NCBI GenBank assembly: GCA_938038735.1
Contig: CALHSW010000073.1
Coordinates: 30,486-94,485 of the forward strand
Reading direction: 5' to 3'
DNA: 64,000 nt
DNA from: an uncultured Bacteroidia bacterium
GTDB lineage: Bacteria; Bacteroidota; Bacteroidia; Bacteroidales; CAJPTX01
Position 1 is the first letter of the stretch; the number at the start of each line of letters is the position of its first letter. Of the stretch, positions 16,999-25,745 are shown piece after piece. The notes under the pieces were generated by a model. It ran no database searches. It had not been told where the DNA came from and worked only from the letters and a program-made list of their open reading frames with translations. A program made the position numbers and the translations under genes.

Positions 16999-19467
16999 CT
17001 ACAACGACATCCGCACCCCAAGCTGATACAGCGGGCGCAAACGATCCGTGAACCCGAACTCCCGCCCCGCAAATCCATGGTTGTAGTTATCCTTGCCTGT
17101 GATGTAGAGATTGCGCACCCCCACCTGTACGGAAAGGTTGGACAACGCATCGTACGATATCGTAAAATTGCAAAGTCCATACGGCGACAGCCTCACCTTC
17201 CCATACTCTTCCGGCACGCCTGGCATTACGCCGTGCGCGTACTTCTGTGCAGACCTAAAGTAGGTTTCCAAGAAGAAATGCACCTTATCTAGCAAACGAT
17301 ATTCAGTCAACAATCCCATATTCACTGCGGGCGTCCACGTATGCGTTACTCCATTCTCCTCGTCTCCTAGCGTAGCGGTAAACATAGTACCCTGCTGGTA
17401 ATGATCCATCTTCGTCGTCTGCCACGTACCAAAAAGATTAAAGAGCAGATTATTAACCGGTGCGTAGTTCAAAGATAGCGTCGCACCCCCTTGCCACGCA
17501 ACGAGCGGTAAATTCTTATACTGCAGGGTCTGCGTCAAATGGGGCACCTTCACCGCAGGATCCGTTTCGCTCGCCTCAAAGGTCAGCACCGTATTCACGG
17601 GCCTTAAATCGCTAAAGTTGAACGTCCTAGAGCCAAATAGCTCAAAGTCTAGCGACACGCGTCCCAGCTGTGTTCGATACCCTATCTCCGCAAAATCGCT
17701 CGTTAAAAGCTTCAACGTACGGCTGCCATAAAACTCTTGGAAAAGGAAGAACTCATCGTCAGACGGAGCTAAACCTCCCGCCTGTAGCATCCCGGCCAAA
17801 CCTGCTATGGCCTTCGTACCCTTCAATGCACCGAAGCGCGCAATACCCATCTTTTCTACATGGATGGCATTCTCCATAAGGAAGGAAGACCTATTGGCGC
17901 GTGCCACTACGCCTCTCAACAAATGATCCTCATGCGGCTTATACGTCAGAACAAACTGCCATGTGGGATAGTACGTTGATGGCACACTATACTTATCCAC
18001 CCGTCCCGCGGCTATAACACGCAGCGACTCTATCGGCCTCCAATCCAAACGCAGTGTCAACGCCATACTCAACATCTTCTTACTCTCGCCGCCTAGAATC
18101 CCTTGCGCACCCACGTACGAGCTTTGCTCCTTCCATACTGCATCCCACTTACTGTCGTCATAGACTACGTTCTGCAAAAAGAAACCAGGGCGTATCGTCA
18201 ATTGATCCCATAGCGTCGCTGAGTACTCTAGGTTACCGTTGAAATCCTGCACATCGAATCGTACCCCTGGATGCGACTGTCCCACCCCCGCATCGTACAT
18301 CCCATTCATGTAAGATCCCATAAACGAAAACCCATTCCATTGCAAATTCGCCGCAACATGACCTGCCTGCTGCGTTCGCATTGATAGCGGGGTTACGTAG
18401 TTCTCCATCATCACCGAGCTATTCCTCGAATACCAATACCCTCCTGTCATCGCAAAATTCACCCCATGCCCATCGTAGTTGACATCGCCCATTATGCCCC
18501 GCACATCCAAACTCCGGCTGCCATTGTACGCCAAATCCTCTGCGTCCCTATCATGTTCGCGACGCATCCTATCCCAGCTGTTATAGTAACCCCCATTAAT
18601 CGCCGGGAGCAAATCGTACTGCATGTACCTTCCTGACGAATAATCGTATGCCATCTCATCTACCACCTTCCGCATTTCTGCATGTTGACGCAGCCCTATG
18701 CGCCACCCCTTAGCCAACGGCACGCTTGCCCGACCGCTCGCCGAGTAGCTTAACGTTGATTTATCTTGCACATAGGTCCGAACCCGACCGCTCGCCGACA
18801 GCACAGACGACAACGGCTTCGTTATGATATTTATCACCCCTGTCACCGCGCTCGCCCCATATAGAGCGCTCGATGCGCCCCGCACAATGTCAATGCGCTC
18901 TATGTCCTCAAGGCTCACTGGCAACGTCTCCCACAGCGTTCCCCCCATTGAGTAGCTGTACATCGGTCGACCATCCACCATCACCAGCGTCAATGAGTTC
19001 ACAGAGAAGTGGTTGAAATTACCCGGAGGAACATTATCCAATCCCCGCATATGCACATCGTAGATCCCCGGCGTCTGCTCCCGCACTATCATACCCGGCA
19101 CCAGCCGAAACAGCTCGGCAATCGTCGTGGCTCCGCTATGCATTATTTTATCGCTCGTGATCACCGTAGTTGATGTGGGTGCCTCAAATACAGTCTCTCG
19201 TGATTTCGACGATGTGGTCGTCTTCACCATAAACGCCTGCTCCAATAGCTCATCCGTCGATACGCCCAGCTTGTCGGCTAGAACCATCAAATCGGGCAAA
19301 TCCAACTCCAACAGCTGCTCGTAGCTCAGCTTCTTAATCTCATCCGGGGTCATCGCATTCACATTCACCTTGTCCTGCCCCCACGCCGAACCGCTCGCAA
19401 GCAACATGCTTAAAAACAGCAGCACAACTCCCGTAGCCGCTAATAATCGCATTTCCAACTTCTTCAT
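16999..19467 (-). CDS. TonB-dependent receptor (plug plus barrel) with an extra N-terminal helical extension
   Basis: 822 aa with a signal peptide. The plug motifs are TTVITSDKIMHSGATTIAELFRLVPGMIV and IERIDIVRGASSALYG, followed by a long beta-barrel. A ~45-aa segment (MTPDEIKKLSYEQLLELDLPDLMVLADKLGVSTDELLEQ) precedes the plug. Confidence 0.85.
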   Translation of the reverse strand: MKKLEMRLLAATGVVLLFLSMLLASGSAWGQDKVNVNAMTPDEIKKLSYEQLLELDLPDLMVLADKLGVSTDELLEQAFMVKTTTSSKSRETVFEAPTSTTVITSDKIMHSGATTIAELFRLVPGMIVREQTPGIYDVHMRGLDNVPPGNFNHFSVNSLTLVMVDGRPMYSYSMGGTLWETLPVSLEDIERIDIVRGASSALYGASAVTGVINIITKPLSSVLSASGRVRTYVQDKSTLSYSASGRASVPLAKGWRIGLRQHAEMRKVVDEMAYDYSSGRYMQYDLLPAINGGYYNSWDRMRREHDRDAEDLAYNGSRSLDVRGIMGDVNYDGHGVNFAMTGGYWYSRNSSVMMENYVTPLSMRTQQAGHVAANLQWNGFSFMGSYMNGMYDAGVGQSHPGVRFDVQDFNGNLEYSATLWDQLTIRPGFFLQNVVYDDSKWDAVWKEQSSYVGAQGILGGESKKMLSMALTLRLDWRPIESLRVIAAGRVDKYSVPSTYYPTWQFVLTYKPHEDHLLRGVVARANRSSFLMENAIHVEKMGIARFGALKGTKAIAGLAGMLQAGGLAPSDDEFFLFQEFYGSRTLKLLTSDFAEIGYRTQLGRVSLDFELFGSRTFNFSDLRPVNTVLTFEASETDPAVKVPHLTQTLQYKNLPLVAWQGGATLSLNYAPVNNLLFNLFGTWQTTKMDHYQQGTMFTATLGDEENGVTHTWTPAVNMGLLTEYRLLDKVHFFLETYFRSAQKYAHGVMPGVPEEYGKVRLSPYGLCNFTISYDALSNLSVQVGVRNLYITGKDNYNHGFAGREFGFTDRLRPLYQLGVRMSL

Positions 19468-19492
19468 AACTATATTTTCCCTCCTGCGTTTT

Positions 19493-20002
19493 CTACTTCA
19501 CTACGCCCAAACTAAGAAGACTATTCGACACCTTTATCCCCTGCTTCTCAAGCGTCGACGGACTCACCTCAAATTGCGTCTTCCCGCCATTCTCCGTAAA
19601 ATTAAACGCTGCGCCTTGCGCTATTCCACCAGCCTTGTCCGACACCACCGCCACATGATTCCCGCTCGCACCCGCCACCACGCTCGGCAGCAAGCTATTC
19701 TCCGTCGAGGGAACATACACTAGATTGCAGCGCGACACGCCACTCGCATCACTAGACTCCCGCACAACCATCGTCCGGTTTCCAACCTTCTTTTTCTGTG
19801 CTATCTGCTGCAGCTCCCCAGTAATCTTGGCGTTTTTACCTATCACAAGTATCACAAAATCTCCCTCTTGACCACCCGATGGCCACTCCAAGTAGCGGGT
19901 GAAATTGTACAAGAATAACGCCTTGAATCGTTCATTCTGACCCCATGCCACCGTGGTCAATAGGCATAGCAGGAGTGCTAACGCCACGCTTTTCTTTCTC
20001 AT
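19493..20002 (-). CDS. YfiR/DUF4154-family periplasmic protein
   Basis: The ORF in the track runs 19493-20041. The signal peptide starts at Met14 (MRKKSVALALLLCLLTTVAWGQ). The family hallmark is FKALFLYNFTRYLEWP. It ends 25 nt upstream of the TonB-receptor start. Confidence 0.7.
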   Translation of the reverse strand: MRKKSVALALLLCLLTTVAWGQNERFKALFLYNFTRYLEWPSGGQEGDFVILVIGKNAKITGELQQIAQKKKVGNRTMVVRESSDASGVSRCNLVYVPSTENSLLPSVVAGASGNHVAVVSDKAGGIAQGAAFNFTENGGKTQFEVSPSTLEKQGIKVSNSLLSLGVVK

Positions 20003-20239
20003 TGCTCGCAAATCCTTTCTTTTTTGCTTCTCAAAACACAACTCGCTGCATCGCCTTCCCCTCTCCTCCTCCTCACCGCGAAGTTACAAATAAAACATTA
20101 CCTCCAACAAATAGCCCACCCTCAACACCTACCTATATTCTCTGCACCGCCCGAATTCCCGTAGGTTAAATTAGCCACGCGGCGCTCTCGCACCGCCGAA
20201 GTCAGCCAATACCGCAGCAAAAAGCTGACCAAGACTCCC

Positions 20240-20285
20240 TAAACATAATAAAGACCCGCCGTGTGCATAGCGCACGGCGGGTCTT
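20240..20285 (-). terminator. rho-independent terminator of the T9SS giant gene
   Basis: 13-bp perfect stem AAGACCCGCCGTG / CACGGCGGGTCTT (20251-20263 / 20273-20285). On the minus strand it is followed by TTATTATGTTT. It lies 59 nt after the stop codon. Confidence 0.75.
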
Positions 20286-20343
20286 CACAGTGGCAGCACT
20301 ACCTCTACCGCTTTCTAACTAACCTTTAGACTTCCTCTCCTAT

Positions 20344-23300
20344 CTACCTCCGCAGCACCCCCTCAGCCCGCATCCCCCCATCCGCGCTGCGCAGCTGCAC
20401 GATGTAGAACCCCGATGCAAGCATGCCCAAGTCTATACGCAGCTGCGCTCCTCCATCATGCACACCGCCCAGCATCTCGCGTCCGGTCACATCGTAGACC
20501 GCGTACCGCGCCACCCCGCTCGCCCCTCGCACCTCTATCGCACCATCGGTGGGGTTCGGATAAATCTCAACTCCGCGCAGCGCCGCGCTCTCCACCGCAT
20601 TGGTCTTCCCCTCTTTGCCCCCACGGGGTATCGGTGAAAAGTCAGCTTGAACCAGCAACTCCTTGGCCGGAAGCTTGATAGAAAACGAATGCATCACCTT
20701 CGTGGTGTCAGACTGCACATTCCCATACAGCTCCGCCCCATTTTGGATCACACTCTTTATGTAGTACCCCTTCTTCGCCTGCACCAGCACCTCTACATCC
20801 AGCTCCCTCTGGTATTGCTGCCCGCTTGACAGCTCTTCCTTATTGCTCTTGCGCAACGCCGTCACCGCCCCTCCCTCTGAAGGATTAGCCTGCAACGTCA
20901 GTAGGCAATTGTCTGCATCTTCCTGCGCAAAAATTGCATAGAAGGTTAGCCGATTCCCATTGGGACTAGCCGGATCGTATGGAGGCAACTTGTATGTAGA
21001 CTCCATTTCCTTCGTCAATCCTAGTCTCTCTTTCCCTTCTACGTATATCTCCTTTAGCACCACGGGACTCTTCGCCTCAGCCTTTAGGGTCACCTCGGTT
21101 TTTCCTTCCCCACTCACCCGATAGCTCTTGTCATATTCCAACCACGCACCGCCTGCACCCGGCATTATCACTTTCAGGTCGTCGCCAAGCTGCGGCTTGC
21201 GCACGGTGAGTACGAGCAGCGGCTTCGGATCCTCCTTCACAGTCACATAGGTCTCCAGCTTCACCTCCGTCACCTCTTGGGCCGTCACTTTATCCTTCAA
21301 ACCCTCCACTAAATCCAGCAGTTCCTCGAGCGATCCGTACGCCTTTTCTCTATCGGTTTCCTCTAAACGCTGCGCATAGCCACGATTAACCGCCAGGCAA
21401 ACCGCGAGCAGCTTGTTATCCTCCACTCCCGTTGCCGCAGCTAAACTCCACGTAATGGGGTCGCCCACCCTCACCTTTTTCTTCTGTCCTGCCGCTATCG
21501 TCTGCCCATCTTTATCCTTCCACGTCACTTTCCCCTTCGCGCCGCGCGGCTGCTCGTCCTCGCCCCCTTGCGCCATCTCGCTATATACAATTAACACTTC
21601 GCCTGGCTTCAGCTTCTCTACTATAACATCTATCCCGACAATCTCACCCTCCAGCTTCCCAAGTTTATACCACCCATCTCCGTCCTCCACGAGAGCTTGA
21701 TTAGGGAGATTCTTATACTTTACGGTCACGCTCTTCACCCCCTGCACAGCACTCCCCTGCTTCTTCTCCACTGCAACGTAAACGTATATTACGCTACCGT
21801 ACTCCACTTCGCTGTCCGAAGCTATCTCGCTTCCATTTCGCTCCCCCTTGCACACTTTCATCTCCTTCACATCGGCCGACTGTACGTAGCTCACTTTATA
21901 CATCTGCTTACCCAGCTCCACCTTCACCTCCGTGTCCTGCGCAAGTGTAAATGTATACGTATACACCCCTCCCCCCCCTGTCACGTTCGCATCTCCATTC
22001 ACCTTCACCACCTTCCACTCCGCAGGGTTAGCTACTGTGACCTTCACAGTCAACTCCGCCCCTCCCAGCACTTGACTACCTGAGGTCACAGCCGTTCCAC
22101 CTTTTTCCACTACCGCCACCGTATACCCTGAACCAGCTTTATACGTAACTTTATACTTCACTGGCAGCACCACTGACTTTATCGTCACATTCCCCTCCGG
22201 GCTCCACTTCACAGTTGTCTGCCCAGCCGCAGGCTTACCATCAACCCACGTATATCCTCTAGGGACGCTACCTTGAGTCAGCGTCACATCCCCTTTCCCC
22301 TCCTCTGCTATCGTCACCTCCTGCACTGCCCCATCGCCAGCCTCGGGCGTAAACACCACGGTCAACTCATCCCCACAATTAACTTCCGACTTCATAGTAG
22401 GCGTTGTCGCCCCATTAACCGCTACCCCCACGTTCGCTACGCCATCCCATGCCACGCTAATCTTCTTTTGCTCCACAGTTACCTCAATGGAAGTAACCTC
22501 CTCTTTCACCTCGTGCAAGTAATTCCCATCCTGCGATACCGCAATGGGTTGTCCCCCATTGACTTTTACCTCATTCACCTGCTCGCACGCCGATAGATTC
22601 GGCACAATCTCAATGCTGCTCCCGCAGGCAACTGAACCTCCCAATGTCAAATCAACGCCACCCTGCTGCACCTTAAAATCGGTCCCGCTCCACGACACTG
22701 CAAACTGCTTAGGCTCCGAGTGCAACACCTTCACCGTAACCTTATCATGTGCTTCCGGAATATTCAGGGGACTGGCTGCTTTTACAGTGCCCCTTCTGTC
22801 AGTAGTCCCAGCGTTCCACACCACCTCCACTTCCACTTTATCCCCATCAACGCACCCACCCATCGGCTCTAGGCTCACTTCTAACTCATCGCCGTTGGCG
22901 AATACTCCATCCCCCCCCGGAAACTTCCCACCAGCCCATATATCCTTACCCTGCGTTACGTTGTGAACCGTTATCTTCGCCACTCTCTCTCCATTGAAAG
23001 TTTCATCCACAGTCACCTGCGGATCGGTCCCCACCTTCACCTCTATCTTTTGAATCCCTTGCGATAGGGAGGCGATCTCCAACGTATTACTCCCCACAGG
23101 GGCAGCCTCCTTAAAAGTACCATCATCGTACACAGCCTTGAGTCCCTGCACCTTCAGTCCACTGCCTGGCGTAACCGTTATTTTAACCGCACCTCCGCAT
23201 GGGGCTTCTCCGTCTACCGAGATCACGTGCAGCTGAGTAGCCGACTCGCCCGCTTCCACCTTTATTGAGTAATCGGTACCCAGCGTCCAGCGTATTGTAT

Positions 23301-24972
23301 ACTTCTTTTTTTCCTGTGTAAATGTAAATTTCGCCTGTTCACCCTCTACCTTCACCTGGACCGGCTGCCACTCCCCACCTACCTTCTCTATGAACTGTGA
23401 AGCTCCCCCCACATCCACCCTTATCTTCCCCACGCAACCATCCACTTTTGACGGACCCTGCACTTTCACCATCACATCGCTTCCGCACGGCACAACCTCC
23501 CCATCATTCTTCGCCGCGCCGTAATACTCAACCAAATATATTTCATCATCATAGTCGAGCTCGGTCATGCGCTTCTCACTGTGTATCCAAACGCTTATCG
23601 TTTCCCCTTCCTGCCCCCCCGGAACAAAGGAAAACTCACCCGTTGTTGCATCTATTGGAACACTTTGAATCCTGTCTGGCATAACACCCCACTGCACTAC
23701 TGGCGGCTTTAAACAGTGGTCTTCGGCCTGATTGGGATTGGGGGTAAACCTTCCGAAAAGCTTTCTGTTGCTCTCCACCACGCTACCATCTAGCACCTTT
23801 ACGCCATCCTTGGTATACAGTGATATGCGAGAGTCCTTGCAGTTGATAGTTACATTTCCTCCTGGGCATGGTCCCGGCCTCACCGTCACCGTATGGCCCT
23901 CACCCCACAGCGGCACGAGCCAATAATTGTCCCTGTAATCCTTACCATCGTCTCCTACTGCGTCATCACATAGGTTAGCTATATCTCCAGGGTTTGCCAA
24001 CGTCACAGGTCGAGCGTCCCACTTGTCATCCACGCACACCCCATCTGCTGCCCACGACCTCGCCTCCACCACCATCAATGTACCTTCCAATATGAGAGGC
24101 ATAGCACCGGGATGCAACGTATTGGGGTAGGGGTACGCCTCGTAAAACGGGCCTGCACTTATCTTATCAGGACCGCCCCTAAACCCATTCAAATAGTTCA
24201 ACATAAAGTGTTGGTCACCCGGGGACTTCATACGTACGCGCATCGAGCCATCAAAGGTTTTTCCTTCTGTATTCTGTCCAAACTTGAGGGTCTTCCACTC
24301 CTTTTTAGCCATCGTCAGCGTCACCTCCACCGTGTTGCTACCCTCTTCAAGGTCTGATGGCAATGTAAAGGAGAAGTTGGCATTATTCCCCGCCTGATTC
24401 AGAACTGTGTATATTGCTTCGTCCACATCCTGCACGTGTCGCCACGGGATCCTTACCTCCGCATCGCGAGCTCCTTTCACAATGGGTCCAAAAAACTGTA
24501 TGTTTGAACAATTAGTATAGGAATCCCCATTTTTTTTCTTTATCGTTACCTTCCCCACCTTCGGATAGTAGATATTCCAATTCGGAATCATTGTAGACCA
24601 GTGAGCCGAGGTCATCACGTGGTCGTACCAATCGATAAAGACCTCGTCACCCGCGCTGCACAGTATTGGCGAAACTTCAGGAAAAAACTGCCATAGTTTT
24701 TCAGAAACTTCCGCAGCATCTGGGTATTCGTCTTCATCTTTCCATGCCCTGTAGCCGCCCACATAACGAGGATTAGTTCCCGCCTTGCCAACCCGCACGC
24801 GGAATTCGTATGCGTAGCGATCCGGCACCAAGTCCCGACCGCTCTCATCAACAAGCCGAAACTTGAACTCTATTTTCTTGTCGCCTTGCCCAAAAGCAAA
24901 TAGCGGCGAAAGCAGTAGCATGACCGCTGCTACTACCATCCTCACCGTTCGGAATGTAAATCTCTTTTCCAT
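20344..24972 (-). CDS. giant secreted/cell-surface protein, T9SS cargo with many divergent InlB-B-repeat/Ig-like modules
   Basis: The ORF in the track runs 20344-25071. The signal peptide begins at Met34 (MEKRFTFRTVRMVVAAVMLLLSPLFAFGQ), so the start is probably 24972 (~1540 aa). About 550 aa of non-repetitive N-terminal region are followed by at least 10 V/K/E/T/G-rich beta modules. Typical modules are LTLQANPSEGGAVT...VLVQAKKGYYIKSVIQNG and YKVTYKAGSGYTVAVVEKGG...LTVKVTV. The last 75 aa form a T9SS type-A sorting domain. Confidence 0.85.
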   Translation of the reverse strand: MEKRFTFRTVRMVVAAVMLLLSPLFAFGQGDKKIEFKFRLVDESGRDLVPDRYAYEFRVRVGKAGTNPRYVGGYRAWKDEDEYPDAAEVSEKLWQFFPEVSPILCSAGDEVFIDWYDHVMTSAHWSTMIPNWNIYYPKVGKVTIKKKNGDSYTNCSNIQFFGPIVKGARDAEVRIPWRHVQDVDEAIYTVLNQAGNNANFSFTLPSDLEEGSNTVEVTLTMAKKEWKTLKFGQNTEGKTFDGSMRVRMKSPGDQHFMLNYLNGFRGGPDKISAGPFYEAYPYPNTLHPGAMPLILEGTLMVVEARSWAADGVCVDDKWDARPVTLANPGDIANLCDDAVGDDGKDYRDNYWLVPLWGEGHTVTVRPGPCPGGNVTINCKDSRISLYTKDGVKVLDGSVVESNRKLFGRFTPNPNQAEDHCLKPPVVQWGVMPDRIQSVPIDATTGEFSFVPGGQEGETISVWIHSEKRMTELDYDDEIYLVEYYGAAKNDGEVVPCGSDVMVKVQGPSKVDGCVGKIRVDVGGASQFIEKVGGEWQPVQVKVEGEQAKFTFTQEKKKYTIRWTLGTDYSIKVEAGESATQLHVISVDGEAPCGGAVKITVTPGSGLKVQGLKAVYDDGTFKEAAPVGSNTLEIASLSQGIQKIEVKVGTDPQVTVDETFNGERVAKITVHNVTQGKDIWAGGKFPGGDGVFANGDELEVSLEPMGGCVDGDKVEVEVVWNAGTTDRRGTVKAASPLNIPEAHDKVTVKVLHSEPKQFAVSWSGTDFKVQQGGVDLTLGGSVACGSSIEIVPNLSACEQVNEVKVNGGQPIAVSQDGNYLHEVKEEVTSIEVTVEQKKISVAWDGVANVGVAVNGATTPTMKSEVNCGDELTVVFTPEAGDGAVQEVTIAEEGKGDVTLTQGSVPRGYTWVDGKPAAGQTTVKWSPEGNVTIKSVVLPVKYKVTYKAGSGYTVAVVEKGGTAVTSGSQVLGGAELTVKVTVANPAEWKVVKVNGDANVTGGGGVYTYTFTLAQDTEVKVELGKQMYKVSYVQSADVKEMKVCKGERNGSEIASDSEVEYGSVIYVYVAVEKKQGSAVQGVKSVTVKYKNLPNQALVEDGDGWYKLGKLEGEIVGIDVIVEKLKPGEVLIVYSEMAQGGEDEQPRGAKGKVTWKDKDGQTIAAGQKKKVRVGDPITWSLAAATGVEDNKLLAVCLAVNRGYAQRLEETDREKAYGSLEELLDLVEGLKDKVTAQEVTEVKLETYVTVKEDPKPLLVLTVRKPQLGDDLKVIMPGAGGAWLEYDKSYRVSGEGKTEVTLKAEAKSPVVLKEIYVEGKERLGLTKEMESTYKLPPYDPASPNGNRLTFYAIFAQEDADNCLLTLQANPSEGGAVTALRKSNKEELSSGQQYQRELDVEVLVQAKKGYYIKSVIQNGAELYGNVQSDTTKVMHSFSIKLPAKELLVQADFSPIPRGGKEGKTNAVESAALRGVEIYPNPTDGAIEVRGASGVARYAVYDVTGREMLGGVHDGGAQLRIDLGMLASGFYIVQLRSADGGMRAEGVLRR
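20347..20571 (-). other. T9SS C-terminal sorting domain (type A, TIGR04183-like) of the giant protein
   Basis: The sequence VEIYPNPTDGAIEVRGASGVARYAVYDVTGREMLGGVHDGGAQLRIDLGMLASGFYIVQLRSADGGMRAEGVLRR fits the v.vYPNP...v.iyD..Gr.v.....idl..l..G.Y.v.l pattern. Confidence 0.85.
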
Positions 24973-25219
24973 AACCACATCCTCCTCTTCTTTTTCTCCG
25001 CCCCCTACCGCATGCCGCAACTCCAAAACGACCCACAAGCGTACTTCCCTCCACCCGTTGATACGTACCATACATCTAGAATGTTGCTACAAGACAGCCA
25101 AAACGTCCTACCAATCAATGGAACACTCAGATAATATTCCCTGCACGACTACCCAATTTGCTGAAACTTTTCTCTTGCGCCCAAACCACCGCCAGATATT
25201 CGCCTCTAACAGCCACGAC

Positions 25220-25745
25220 GCCGCCCCGTCCGCAGGACGGTCTCTCAATAGCCGGGGGCTTTAGACCCTCGGCCAGCAAACCTTTGCGACCTTGCGTACA
25301 TTGATACCCCACAGCCTTGCAGAACCATTCCCGTACAATCCTCCAACCATCCGCAACCTGCATTATTTCGCCGCCGATGCCGCCCCGTCCGTAAGGACGG
25401 TCTCTCAATAGCCGGGGGTTTTAACCCCCCCCGGATTCTTGCCCAAGGGGGCAAACCAGTCTGAAGGGCTGACCCGCATGCTCCCTCGCTAGAACCTGTG
25501 CACGTAATCCCCTCGGCCCGCATAAATTTTTGCAAACCGATGCCGCCCCGTCCGTAGGACACTCTCTCAATGGCCGGGGGTCTGAAAACCCCCAGATCCT
25601 TGCCCAAGAGGGCAAACCAATCTGAAAGGCTGACCCGCGTGACCATCGGGCAGAAACACCGCAGCCTGCCTCCATATTCGGCGGCGCAGCCTAACATTCG
25701 TTTGCATGCAATGCCGCCCCATCCGCAGGACGGTCTCTCAATCCG
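25220..25745. repeat. tandem array of 4 direct repeat units (159/163/171-bp spacing) with a conserved multi-hairpin head
   Basis: The core GCCGCCCCGTCCG(N3-4)GGACGGTCTCTCAATAGCCGGGGG occurs at 25220, 25379, 25542 and 25713. The last copy is truncated 3 nt before the GH57 stop codon. See the first finding for details. Confidence 0.9.

Noticed and set aside
25127-25697. Minus-strand ORFs of 93, 150 and 84 aa covering the repeat array (recurring peptide PPAIERPS.GRGG).
   Set aside because: The recurring peptide is simply the translated DNA repeat appearing in different frames. The composition is Gly/Arg/Cys-rich, there is no promoter motif or signal, and the ORFs overlap one another. I treat them as non-coding.
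25220-25745. CRISPR array interpretation of the four direct repeats.
   Set aside because: The inter-repeat segments are about 120 nt, far longer than spacers. They are partly conserved between units 2 and 3. There are only four copies, one of them truncated by a gene end. No cas genes lie in the window.
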